The notes below the pieces were generated by a model, which did no database searches, had not been told where the DNA came from, and saw only the letters and a program-made list of their open reading frames with translations. From an uncultured Oscillospiraceae bacterium (lineage in GTDB: Bacteria > Bacillota > Clostridia > Acetivibrionales > DTU013), in assembly GCA_964587755.1 (NCBI GenBank), contig CAZPMC010000006.1:5488-69487 (forward strand): 64,000 bases of DNA, read 5' to 3'. Shown here piece by piece: positions 10,069 to 19,205 of this stretch (the first letter of the stretch is position 1; each line of letters opens with the position of its first letter). The position numbers and the translations under genes are program-made.

Positions 10069-11520
10069 ATGGCAAAAGCGGATATTGGATTAATCGGACT
10101 GGCAGTTATGGGAGAAAACCTGGTAATGAACATGGAAAGCAAGGGATTTACGGTAGCGGTGTACAATCGTACTGTTGAGAAGGTCTCTGACTTTGTAAAT
10201 GGCAGGGCAAAGGGGAAAAACATCATAGGGACATATTCTTTTGAGGAGCTGGTTGCTTCCTTGAAAAAGCCTCGTAAAGTAATGCTGATGGTCAAGGCAG
10301 GAAAACCTGTAGATGATTTTATAGATGCCTTGATTCCTTTGCTGGAGGAAGGCGACATTATAATTGACGGAGGAAATTCAAATTATAATGATACCATTCG
10401 CAGGACTAAGTATGTTGAGGAAAATAAGCTGCTTTATATGGGAACAGGTGTGTCCGGAGGAGAAGAAGGAGCTCTTATAGGCCCAAGTATAATGCCGGGG
10501 GGCTCGCCTGCAGCTTGGCCTCATGTAAAGCCTATATTCCAAGCGATTGCAGCCAAGGTTGAGGATGGCTCGCCATGCTGTGAATGGGTTGGTGAAAACG
10601 GAGCCGGTCATTTTGTAAAAATGGTACATAACGGAATTGAGTATGGTGACATGCAGTTGATTTGCGAAGCATATCACATAATGAAGGAACTTTTGGGAAT
10701 GTCTGCAGACGAAATGCATGAGGTATTCAGGGAATGGAATGAGGGTGAGCTCAACAGCTATCTTATAGAAATCAGCAGCAATATACTAAAGTATAAAGAT
10801 GAGGACGGAGAGCCTATAGTAAACAAAATATTAGATGTGGCCGGGCAAAAAGGTACAGGAAAATGGACAGGAATTGCTGCTCTTAACGAAGGAGTACCAT
10901 TGACGCTGATTGGCGAAGCAGTTTTTGCCCGTTGCCTGTCAGCAATGAAGGCAGAAAGAGTGGAAGCTTCCAAGGTACTGGCGGGGCCAGCTCCTACGTT
11001 TAAAGGCGACAGGAAGGCTATGGTTGAGGATATTAGAAAGGCACTTTACGCTTCAAAAATAATATCCTATGCCCAGGGATATACTCTTATGCGTGCGGCG
11101 GCGGAAACATATGGATGGAAGCTGAATTATGGCGGCATTGCTCTGATGTGGAGGGGAGGCTGTATTATACGCTCAACATTCCTTGGAAAGATTAAGGATG
11201 CATTCGACCAAAACCCTGATTTGGCAAATCTACTTCTGGATCCATTCTTTAAGGAGATAGTGGTAGGTGCGCAGGAAAGCTGGAGAAGAGTTGTCACTAC
11301 AGCACTCAGCAACGGTATACCTGTACCTTCATTAGCCTCTGCTCTTTGCTATTTTGATGGATACAGAAGTGCATGGCTGCCTTCGAATTTACTGCAAGCC
11401 CAACGGGATTATTTCGGTGCACATACTTATGAACGTGTCGACAGGCCGCGAGGCGAGTTTTATCATACGAATTGGACGGGACACGGAGGAGATACCTCTG
11501 CATCCACATATACAGTATAA
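10069..11520 (+). CDS. gnd: 6-phosphogluconate dehydrogenase, decarboxylating
   Basis: ADIGLIGLAVMGENLVMN Rossmann motif and GHFVKMVHNGIEYGDMQLI. GGAGG sits 7 nt upstream of ATG 10069; the ORF-track start at 10015 is an upstream extension. Confidence 0.92.
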   Translation: MAKADIGLIGLAVMGENLVMNMESKGFTVAVYNRTVEKVSDFVNGRAKGKNIIGTYSFEELVASLKKPRKVMLMVKAGKPVDDFIDALIPLLEEGDIIIDGGNSNYNDTIRRTKYVEENKLLYMGTGVSGGEEGALIGPSIMPGGSPAAWPHVKPIFQAIAAKVEDGSPCCEWVGENGAGHFVKMVHNGIEYGDMQLICEAYHIMKELLGMSADEMHEVFREWNEGELNSYLIEISSNILKYKDEDGEPIVNKILDVAGQKGTGKWTGIAALNEGVPLTLIGEAVFARCLSAMKAERVEASKVLAGPAPTFKGDRKAMVEDIRKALYASKIISYAQGYTLMRAAAETYGWKLNYGGIALMWRGGCIIRSTFLGKIKDAFDQNPDLANLLLDPFFKEIVVGAQESWRRVVTTALSNGIPVPSLASALCYFDGYRSAWLPSNLLQAQRDYFGAHTYERVDRPRGEFYHTNWTGHGGDTSASTYTV

Positions 11521-11534
11521 AGCTAAGAAGAAAA

Positions 11535-11570
11535 GGGGATGGTTCTTTTTGCTTTAAAAGAGTCATCCCC
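11535..11570. terminator. hairpin between convergent gnd and the NTPase gene
   Basis: GGGGATG-gt-TCTTTT pairs with AAAAGA-gt-CATCCCC. A U-run is present for the minus-strand transcript (complement of AAGAAGAAAA). The T-run on the plus side is weak. Confidence 0.6.
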
Positions 11571-11576
11571 CTTAGT

Positions 11577-12110
11577 TCAAAAGCTGTCTAGGTCTATGAG
11601 GAATACATCCTGGCGGGATTTCAGCTCGTCCAGAAAAGGACGGCTATCCTTTCTCAGCACTGCGATTACTCTTTTGCTCTCAAGGCATGCACGGAGTGCT
11701 TCTTGATAGACCGGTGCATTACTTTCAAGAAAGCCTATTTCATCGATCACGACCCAATCTGATTTATTTTCGAGACATTGCCTTAAAATTTTCACACCTG
11801 TGTCTTCAAAGCCTTTAAGTTCTGGTAAAACACCATTGCCTTGCTGGTTTTTCACTCCAATGATGGCATTGACAGAAGGATTTCTTATATCCTCCAATAA
11901 AATATATTCGGGGACGTTTCTGCAGGTTCTGATTGCCCGGGTAATAATCCCTGAGTAGTCAATATCATGTCCAAGTATAAATTTTAGAAAAGTTGATTTA
12001 CCACTGGCCTTACTTCCGGTAATAAAAAGATGTTTTTTAGAGCTTGCCAAAAAAGAGCCCCAAATTGATTTCATTAAATCTATATAGATGCCTTTGTTAA
12101 AACCACTCAT
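11577..12110 (-). CDS. P-loop NTPase, THEP1/NTPase_1-like
   Basis: 177 aa. Walker A ITGSKASGKST and Walker B-like VVIDEIGFLES. Confidence 0.6.
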   Translation of the reverse strand: MSGFNKGIYIDLMKSIWGSFLASSKKHLFITGSKASGKSTFLKFILGHDIDYSGIITRAIRTCRNVPEYILLEDIRNPSVNAIIGVKNQQGNGVLPELKGFEDTGVKILRQCLENKSDWVVIDEIGFLESNAPVYQEALRACLESKRVIAVLRKDSRPFLDELKSRQDVFLIDLDSF

Positions 12111-12158
12111 ACATTACACCCTTGCTTTTGTTGTGAGAGCAGCGCCCTGTTCATAAGT

Positions 12159-12938
12159 TCATTCCCTTACTATTAGATAGCGGTTATTATGCTCAATAAT
12201 GTCTATATCCCCGTATATTAGAGACAGCTTGTTTTTTAAATCGGCAGAATCAGAGCTCAGATAAATTTCTTCCTGTATATCACCGTCAGACATAAGCAGA
12301 AGCCGGTCACAGTACTGCAGCGCAAAATTAGGATCATGCATTGTAATCAAGCCGCACTTTTCCTGTGTGTGAATTGTGTCTCTTATTTTTGACAGTACCA
12401 GATTGCGATTAACAAAATCAAGTGCGCTGTCAGGCTCATCCATCAGCATAACAGGCGTATTTTGAATCAATGCTCTTGAAAGTATGACAAGCTGTTTCTG
12501 ACCTTCACTTAAATGAAGAAAATTATCATCAGCGAGATGTTCTATCCCCAGGGTTTGTAAGGACTGAACCGCTAAAAGCTTTTGTTTTTTACCCGGAGAC
12601 TGGAAAAAGTGCATTGAAGAATTAAAGCCCATTATTACAACGTCAATGACGGAGGTGTTGTAAACAATACTGTGCCTTTGAGGTATATAGCTAATTAACC
12701 TGGCTCTGCTCTTCTCATTTAAACTGAGTATGTCTATGTCGCCCCATAAGCATGCCCCGCTGCTTGGTTTTTTCAAGCCACAGATCCCACGCATCAGCGT
12801 GGTTTTCCCTGAGCCATTTAGACCTAAAAGTGCAGTAAATTCACCTTTACGAAGAGAAAAGCTTACATTCCGGATGATGTGCTTTTTCCTGTATGAGATA
12901 TTTAGATTATTAATAATCAAAGATTTTTGTTCATTCAT
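12159..12938 (-). CDS. ABC transporter ATP-binding protein (iron-chelate/cobalamin FepC/BtuD type)
   Basis: Walker A GLNGSGKTT, signature LSEGQKQ, Walker B LMDEPDSALD. Overlaps the upstream permease gene. Confidence 0.88.
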   Translation of the reverse strand: MNEQKSLIINNLNISYRKKHIIRNVSFSLRKGEFTALLGLNGSGKTTLMRGICGLKKPSSGACLWGDIDILSLNEKSRARLISYIPQRHSIVYNTSVIDVVIMGFNSSMHFFQSPGKKQKLLAVQSLQTLGIEHLADDNFLHLSEGQKQLVILSRALIQNTPVMLMDEPDSALDFVNRNLVLSKIRDTIHTQEKCGLITMHDPNFALQYCDRLLLMSDGDIQEEIYLSSDSADLKNKLSLIYGDIDIIEHNNRYLIVRE

Positions 12939-13945
12939 TCAAGTCTTTTCCCCCGACGACTCATAAAATATGCTAAAAATGGCGCACCTATAAGCGAAGT
13001 CATTATGCTTATGGGAACCTCACTGCTGGAGATACTTCTTGCGAGGCAATCCGCTGCAAGCAATATGACAGCACCCACAAGTCCACTGAAGACAGATGTA
13101 TTAAAATTATTTCTCTTCAGGATTATCCTGCCGATATGAGGAGCAATTAGTCCAATAAAAGAAATCAATCCAGTGATGCATATAACGCTTGCTACAACTA
13201 GTGTTGCGCATAGCAGAACACCTAGGCGTATATACTGTACACGAACCCCGAGCATTTTGCTCTCATCATCATTTAAAGACAGCAATGTGATTTGCCATCT
13301 GAAAACGAATAAACCTGCCATACCCAATAAAAAAACAGGGAGTATAATAAACAGTTTTTCATTTGTAATATTCCCAAAGCTCCCCATAGTCCAGAATTCT
13401 ATTGATGCAAGCTGACGTTCCGGGTCTGCAAAAAATTTAAGAGTCATAATGAAAGCCTGTGCAAGTGCGTTGATTACTATACCGGAGAGAACATAAGTAG
13501 CAATGCTTTTATTATTGGCGACACTCACAAGCCCCAAAAGGAAAAGCAAGACAACCAGGCCGCCTGCAAATGCGCTGGCAGCGATGACAATAGTTCCGCT
13601 GCCAAGGAACACAATCGCAAAAGCAGCACCCATGCTGGCCCCTGATGAAACACCTATAATATCGGGTGAGGCAAGAGGATTTTTAAATATTGTCTGGTAG
13701 ACACAGCCGGCAACGCTGAGTCCGAAGCCGGCTAAAACTACCATTATGGTTCTTGGAAGGCGCAAGGTGAGAAATACATTCCGCGTCATTTCTTCTACCT
13801 GCTTTCCAGAAATAATGTTAAGTATCTCCTCTATTGATATTGGATATTTGCCTACTCCGATGGAAACCATGATAGCACAGAGGAGTAATGCTATTATTAT
13901 ACCGTAAAGAGCAATTATTTTTCTTCTTTCGGATACAGAAACCAT
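12935..13945 (-). CDS. FecCD-family ABC permease (iron-chelate/B12 type)
   Basis: 336 aa, polytopic. The LRLPRTIMVVLAGFGLSVAG motif is typical of FecCD/BtuC. Confidence 0.88.
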   Translation of the reverse strand: MVSVSERRKIIALYGIIIALLLCAIMVSIGVGKYPISIEEILNIISGKQVEEMTRNVFLTLRLPRTIMVVLAGFGLSVAGCVYQTIFKNPLASPDIIGVSSGASMGAAFAIVFLGSGTIVIAASAFAGGLVVLLFLLGLVSVANNKSIATYVLSGIVINALAQAFIMTLKFFADPERQLASIEFWTMGSFGNITNEKLFIILPVFLLGMAGLFVFRWQITLLSLNDDESKMLGVRVQYIRLGVLLCATLVVASVICITGLISFIGLIAPHIGRIILKRNNFNTSVFSGLVGAVILLAADCLARSISSSEVPISIMTSLIGAPFLAYFMSRRGKRLE

Positions 13946-15081
13946 TATTTTGTAATTTCCTCTTTGTTTATTTCAAAATCATAAAATTCTTTATAGAATT
14001 CTGCCGCATCTTCCATAAATTTATCAAAGGGATATTTGTTTTCATGCAAAATGCTTGTCAGCCACATAGTGCCAAGAATTCCGGAAGGTACAGGAGAATC
14101 CCAGGCTTCGAAGCTTTCAGGCATCTTATAGACTGCTTTATTTTTAACCGCGTTTATGGATTGAAGCTTTGAATCCTTCAGAACATCCTCCTTGGTGTAT
14201 TCCGCAAAGGGTACAATGATTATTATATCAGGATTATACGCCAATAGCTGCTCATATGATATAGTTGCCCAATAAGTATCGTCGATATCCGAGGCAACAT
14301 TTTTCCCGCCGGCTGCTTCAATAAGAGAGCTTTGATACATTTTTGATGTAGCAGTAGAAAGCATATCGCTGTTGCCAGCTAAATAAATATTTTTTTGAGC
14401 GCTGGCGTCTTTTGTGAGATTTGAAATTTCACCAATTTTTTTATCATAGTATTCTATAAGCTTACGAGCCCTGTTATCTGCACCTGTTGCCTTACCGATA
14501 AGTGTTATTGTTTCTTTCAGCAGCTCCATATCCTCTGGATTTACTCCAATGACATTGACACCTGACTTTTCAAGTGTTTCGATACTGTCCTTGAGCTTAA
14601 TGGGGAGAATTACAAGATCGGGCTTTAACGCAAGGCATCCCTCTAAATCAAACTGCTTAGCTGTTCCGACATTTGGAAGGTTCAAAATTTCCGGTGCAGC
14701 CAGTGAATAAATGGGCCTGCTGCCTGCTTTTGCTTCGACACCGACTATTTTATCCTCCAAACCTAAAGCTATTAATAAGGATGTAGTAATATAATAGCCG
14801 CTTACTATCTTTGTGACCTCATCTGTGATGGTTATTTGTCTGCCAAGCTGATCAGTTACAACGATTGGCTCGTTTGAACTATCAGATGTTGCGGTTTCAG
14901 TGCCAGTTGTTTCATTGCCGGTAGTTTCGGTGCCGGCAGTTTCTGTACCATTGGTTTCAGAGCTTTGCGTTGAAGGCTGTTTATCTGATGTTTGGGTATT
15001 ACTGCATGCTACAGATGAAAACAGCATTGCCACTACCAATAAAATTACTGCGATTTTTGTTAAAAATCCTTTTTTGTTCAT
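13945..15081 (-). CDS. ABC substrate-binding lipoprotein (periplasmic binding protein, BtuF/FhuD class)
   Basis: Lipobox LFSSVAC, a Thr/Glu/Gly-rich linker, then a PBP fold. The ATG at 15081 has GGAGG 8 nt upstream; the ORF-track start at 15096 lies upstream of that RBS. Confidence 0.82.
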   Translation of the reverse strand: MNKKGFLTKIAVILLVVAMLFSSVACSNTQTSDKQPSTQSSETNGTETAGTETTGNETTGTETATSDSSNEPIVVTDQLGRQITITDEVTKIVSGYYITTSLLIALGLEDKIVGVEAKAGSRPIYSLAAPEILNLPNVGTAKQFDLEGCLALKPDLVILPIKLKDSIETLEKSGVNVIGVNPEDMELLKETITLIGKATGADNRARKLIEYYDKKIGEISNLTKDASAQKNIYLAGNSDMLSTATSKMYQSSLIEAAGGKNVASDIDDTYWATISYEQLLAYNPDIIIIVPFAEYTKEDVLKDSKLQSINAVKNKAVYKMPESFEAWDSPVPSGILGTMWLTSILHENKYPFDKFMEDAAEFYKEFYDFEINKEEITK

Positions 15082-15262
15082 AGATGAATCCTCCAAGTAT
15101 TTCAGTCGTTATGTTTTTAAAAATACAACGGTAATGTAACCAGTATAATATTAAAAAATCATTTTGTAAACCAAATTTGAAGTAAAACTCAAAAAATAAA
15201 CCTAAAGAATACAAAGACATACTCAAGTATTTCTCAAACTGACCTATAACGATACAAAAAGT

Positions 15263-15291
15263 TTGACTTTTACGACAAGAATATATATACT
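15263..15291 (+). promoter_or_regulatory. sigma-A promoter of the amidohydrolase/xdhD gene block
   Basis: TTGACT (15263-15268), 17-nt spacer, TATACT (15286-15291). This gives a 5' UTR of about 110 nt. Confidence 0.55.
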
Positions 15292-15409
15292 ATTATTACT
15301 CAAAGAGTTTACAATAATATTATAAAGATATAACAATTTCATGATTGCTTGAATTTTACATTCCGGTTTGTTAACACTTATAAAAATATAATAAAAAGGA
15401 GAAAAGGCA

Positions 15410-16765
15410 ATGAAAATTATTAAAAATGCAATGATCGTCGTACCTGACAAAGAAAAACGCTTAATCCGTGATGGATTTATCCGCATTGACGGCAATTTGA
15501 TTGCTGAGATTGACTCAATGGACAAGCTGACTCCTCAAAAGCTTGAAGGTGCAGAAGTCATCGACGCGAAGGGCAAAATTGCCATTCCAGGCTTTGTTTC
15601 CACCCATAGCCATTTGTACAGCGCTGTTGTACGCAGCTTACCTCACTCAGGCTATGATGATGTAGACTTCTCGTTTGTTTCCTGGATGGAGAGATTCTGG
15701 TTTGCAATGCTTGAAGACAAGGTTACCAGAGAGGATATTTATGCCGGCACATTGATTAACTGCATTGAAAACATAAAGCACGGTTATACAACAACATCTG
15801 ATACATGTGAAGGCTCCTACGCACTTCCCGGAGCATTGTTTGAAACCGGCAGGGCTGTTAAGGAATCGGGAATGCGCGGTGTACTTTCCTTTGAAACAAC
15901 AGGAAGAATCAGCGAAGAAAACGCTATGTTGGGACTCAAAGAGAATGTTGATTTTATTGAGCATTGCCGTAAGCATGAGACTGACGGACGTATAAGAGGT
16001 GTAGTAGGGGTACACACTACATATACCTGCTCAGGTGACCTGATTCAAAAATGCAAGGCAGAAGCTCAACGCCTTGGTGTGGGAATACAGATGCATCTTG
16101 CCGATGACCGCTGGCACAGCTTCCATTCAACTCTAAAGTATGGAAAACGCTGCCTGAAGTGGTTGGAAGATCTTGAATTCTTAGGACCCGACGTATTATT
16201 CTTCCACTGCAGCTATATGGATAACAGGCTTGATCCTGCTATTATGAAGCATTACGGCTGCAACATTTCGCACCAGCCTGTTTCCAATGCAAGCTTCGGT
16301 TTCTGGCCAAACATGGTTCCATTCATTGATGCAGGTGTAAATGTATCACTCGGAACTGATGGACAGACACAGTCCATGTTTGAAAATATGCGTGCTGCAC
16401 AGATGATACACAGAATCCGTTATGAAAATCTTGAGCTTCTTCCTGACGAGGAAATGTTTGAAATGGCAACAATAAACGGAGCAAAATCATTACATCTTGA
16501 AGATGAAATAGGTACTCTTGAGGTTGGTAAGAAGGCTGATATAGTACTGCTGAAAAATAACAGCCCGGTTCCTGTATTTGAGAACAATATTATGAACTTC
16601 ATTGTTACAGTAGCTGACAGTGCTCATGTGGATACAGTATTGATTGATGGAAGGATGGTAGTTAAGGGCGGCGAGTACTTACTGCTTGACGAGGAAGAAG
16701 TCAGGGCACGCTGCCAGGAGCAGGCTGTTGATTTCTGGAAGCGCAATGACTGGCCGACTCCATAA
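15410..16765 (+). CDS. amidohydrolase, SsnA-like (ATZ/TRZ chlorohydrolase/aminohydrolase family)
   Basis: 451 aa. Metal-binding STHSHLYS, SFETTGR...ENVDFIEH (compare E. coli SsnA CFETTDR...ENIRF), and a GTDG motif. Confidence 0.8.
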   Translation: MKIIKNAMIVVPDKEKRLIRDGFIRIDGNLIAEIDSMDKLTPQKLEGAEVIDAKGKIAIPGFVSTHSHLYSAVVRSLPHSGYDDVDFSFVSWMERFWFAMLEDKVTREDIYAGTLINCIENIKHGYTTTSDTCEGSYALPGALFETGRAVKESGMRGVLSFETTGRISEENAMLGLKENVDFIEHCRKHETDGRIRGVVGVHTTYTCSGDLIQKCKAEAQRLGVGIQMHLADDRWHSFHSTLKYGKRCLKWLEDLEFLGPDVLFFHCSYMDNRLDPAIMKHYGCNISHQPVSNASFGFWPNMVPFIDAGVNVSLGTDGQTQSMFENMRAAQMIHRIRYENLELLPDEEMFEMATINGAKSLHLEDEIGTLEVGKKADIVLLKNNSPVPVFENNIMNFIVTVADSAHVDTVLIDGRMVVKGGEYLLLDEEEVRARCQEQAVDFWKRNDWPTP

Positions 16766-16814
16766 AACGGCGTTTAATGAAAACTGTTTGCACAAACATA
16801 AAGGAGTAAATTAT

Positions 16815-18044
16815 ATGAGTGATTATATAGCAAAATATTCCGGCGATTATGTCGGAAAAGATAAGTATATAACAAATGAAGAAGTGTGCCAAATTCTCTC
16901 TGACATAGTGACTGTTGATAGCACATTCGGCAGAGAGGGAGAATGCGGAAGGCTGATTGAAAAGATATGCAAGGAGCATGGGCTTAATGTTGAGATTATG
17001 CCTGTGACCGATGAACGTTTCAATGTGATGATTACCGTCGGTGCAGACAGTTACAAGAGCAAAAAGCTCGGGCTGATGCTCCATGGACATTATGATACGG
17101 TACCGGCTTTGGATATGGAGGATCCCTTTGTTACTAAAATACGTGACAATAAAATGTGGGGAAGGGGTATTGTAGACCAAAAGTCAGGTTTGGTGGCCTC
17201 AATTTGTGCAGCAATTGCCATTAAGCGTTCAGGCAAGCAGCTTAAAAAACCTTTCTGTGTTGCTGCTGTTGTTGACGAGGAGTCAGAGCACAGGGGAAGC
17301 TATACATTAGTAAGAAGTGGAATAGATGCTGAATATGCAATTGTTACCGAGCCTACCAATACAAGAACTGTTGAGTTTGGCTGCAAAGGCACTACTCCCA
17401 TCCGTATTACAGTTAAAGGCCGTACTGCCCATGCAAGTAACCCTTGGATAGGGGTAAACGCAATTGAAAAGGCAATGCCGATATTGAACGGTTTGTTTGC
17501 TATGAAGTTCCCTGAGAAAGATTTGGGAGAGTTCGGAAAGCTACAAGGCACACTGTGTGTAAGCAAGCTTGATGCAGGAACGGCATACAATAATGTTCCC
17601 GGAGAAGCCGTTATATGGATGGACAGAAGAACCGTCCCCGGTGAAAATACACCGTTGGCTTTAGCCCAGGTAAATTTGGTTATTGCAGAAGCTAAGAAAC
17701 ATGATCCTGAGCTTGATGCCTTTGCAGAAGTAGCTCGTCCTGACTGGCATTGGCAGCCTATTCGCGAACGGGGTCTAAATCCCACAGTTATGGACAGTGA
17801 TTGTGAGATTTACCATATTCTTAAAAGGGCAGCTAATAAGAGCGGATTAACTACTTTAGAAAAGCGTTATTCCAACGGTTACAATGAAATGGATTTCCTA
17901 ATTAACGATTTGAATATACCGACGCTAGTTTACGGACCTGGTGATGGGCAGATGGCTCACAGCCCTCGTGAAGAAGTTGATATTGATGATGTCTGCAATG
18001 TAGCGGAAGTATATTGCAATATGATCGAAGAAATTTGCATGTGA
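16815..18044 (+). CDS. M20-family metallohydrolase (ArgE/DapE/N-carbamoyl-amino-acid amidohydrolase-like)
   Basis: LHGHYDTVP, GRGIVDQKSG and VVDEESEH metal-ligand motifs. AAGGAG lies upstream of ATG 16815. The ORF-track start at 16686 overlaps the preceding gene. Confidence 0.8.
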   Translation: MSDYIAKYSGDYVGKDKYITNEEVCQILSDIVTVDSTFGREGECGRLIEKICKEHGLNVEIMPVTDERFNVMITVGADSYKSKKLGLMLHGHYDTVPALDMEDPFVTKIRDNKMWGRGIVDQKSGLVASICAAIAIKRSGKQLKKPFCVAAVVDEESEHRGSYTLVRSGIDAEYAIVTEPTNTRTVEFGCKGTTPIRITVKGRTAHASNPWIGVNAIEKAMPILNGLFAMKFPEKDLGEFGKLQGTLCVSKLDAGTAYNNVPGEAVIWMDRRTVPGENTPLALAQVNLVIAEAKKHDPELDAFAEVARPDWHWQPIRERGLNPTVMDSDCEIYHILKRAANKSGLTTLEKRYSNGYNEMDFLINDLNIPTLVYGPGDGQMAHSPREEVDIDDVCNVAEVYCNMIEEICM

Positions 18045-18100
18045 GACAAAAAAGAAGCAATGAAGGGCTCACGACTACTATGATTTAAGGGGGAAGTGAT

Positions 18101-19189
18101 ATGGCATTTAATGTTGATCTGTCTGTAGAAGTAGCAGGTGTAAAAATGAAAAACCCTCTGGTTCTTTCAGAAGGGCCATTGTCAGGAAGCAAGCGACTGA
18201 TTGAACGTGCCGCACAGCACAATATAGGAGCAATCGTAACAAAAAGTATCCAGCAGAAAGCGAATGTATCCGCAAACCCGTACATGATTGCTGCAAATCG
18301 CGGCTTGATTAATGCGGATTGGACTGATATCGGATTAGAAACATGGCTTGAAGAACTTAAGAAGATAGATATACCGATGCCGCTGATTACGAATATTGGA
18401 ACAAACAATGTCCCGCCAAAGCAGGCTGCCGAATGGGCAGGTATTCTGCAGGAGCATGGTGCGGCTATGGTCACATTCTCTGATTATGAGCCTGAAAATC
18501 TGGTTGATGCCGTAAGCTATGCACGAAAAGAAGTTGATGTACCGATTATGGTTAAGCTGCCTCCTTTTGTAAAGAATATTGCAGATTTGTGCAAACGCCT
18601 TGAAGCGGCAGGCGTAACCATGATAGCTGCAATGGACGCAGTCGGGCCTGCAATGGATATAGATATATCAAAACGCAAACCTATTCTCGGTAATGACGGT
18701 GCATTTGGTTATATGTCATCAGCTCCCATATTCCCGCTGACTCTTGCATATATTGCTGAAATCGCAGGAAGCGTTAGTGTACCTGTACTTGGTGTCGGAG
18801 GCGTTACAAGTGCAGCTGATGTAATTAAGCTGATAATGGCCGGTGCCACATGTGTTGGTATGGTAGGTACTCCTATTCTTAAAGGCCTTGGAATATTTGA
18901 CAAGATTGAAGCTGATCTTCGCAAATGGATGGCAGAAAACAACGTTAAGAACCTGGCAGAGATAAGAGGCTGTGCACAGCCGTATATACATCAGACTGAG
19001 AAATACGGATTGAAAGCCAAGGTCGATTATGACACATGTACTGCATGTGGTTTGTGCTTTAAATCATGCTATGCGGCTGCTTTGACACCAAACAGTGATA
19101 AAAAGCCTGTTGTTAACACCCAATACTGCTCAGGTTGCGGTGTTTGCCAGAGTGTATGCCCTGTTAAGGCTATTAATGTTAGAGAATGA
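18101..19189 (+). CDS. dihydroorotate/dihydropyrimidine dehydrogenase-like flavoprotein fused to a 2x[4Fe-4S] ferredoxin domain (PreA-like)
   Basis: DHOD-type TIM-barrel N-terminus (VAGVKMKNPLVLSEGP...VTKSI). The C-terminus carries CTACGLCFKSC and CSGCGVCQSVCP. Confidence 0.7.
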   Translation: MAFNVDLSVEVAGVKMKNPLVLSEGPLSGSKRLIERAAQHNIGAIVTKSIQQKANVSANPYMIAANRGLINADWTDIGLETWLEELKKIDIPMPLITNIGTNNVPPKQAAEWAGILQEHGAAMVTFSDYEPENLVDAVSYARKEVDVPIMVKLPPFVKNIADLCKRLEAAGVTMIAAMDAVGPAMDIDISKRKPILGNDGAFGYMSSAPIFPLTLAYIAEIAGSVSVPVLGVGGVTSAADVIKLIMAGATCVGMVGTPILKGLGIFDKIEADLRKWMAENNVKNLAEIRGCAQPYIHQTEKYGLKAKVDYDTCTACGLCFKSCYAAALTPNSDKKPVVNTQYCSGCGVCQSVCPVKAINVRE

Positions 19190-19205
19190 AATGAGGAAGA
19201 ACACT

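Noticed and set aside
15082-15409. Possible cobalamin riboswitch upstream of the BtuF-like operon, or purine riboswitch upstream of the amidohydrolase gene.
   Set aside because: The region is AT-rich. It has no B12-box-like GCCACTG element and no purine-riboswitch-like conserved junction sequence or paired stems. Only promoter-like hexamers were found.
16686-16814. Upstream extensions of ORF-track entries at 16686, 19095, 24606, 39477, 10015, 41638, 44600 and 56138.
   Set aside because: The extensions overlap the preceding gene or intergenic DNA. Internal starts with well-spaced Shine-Dalgarno sequences give protein lengths matching the families.
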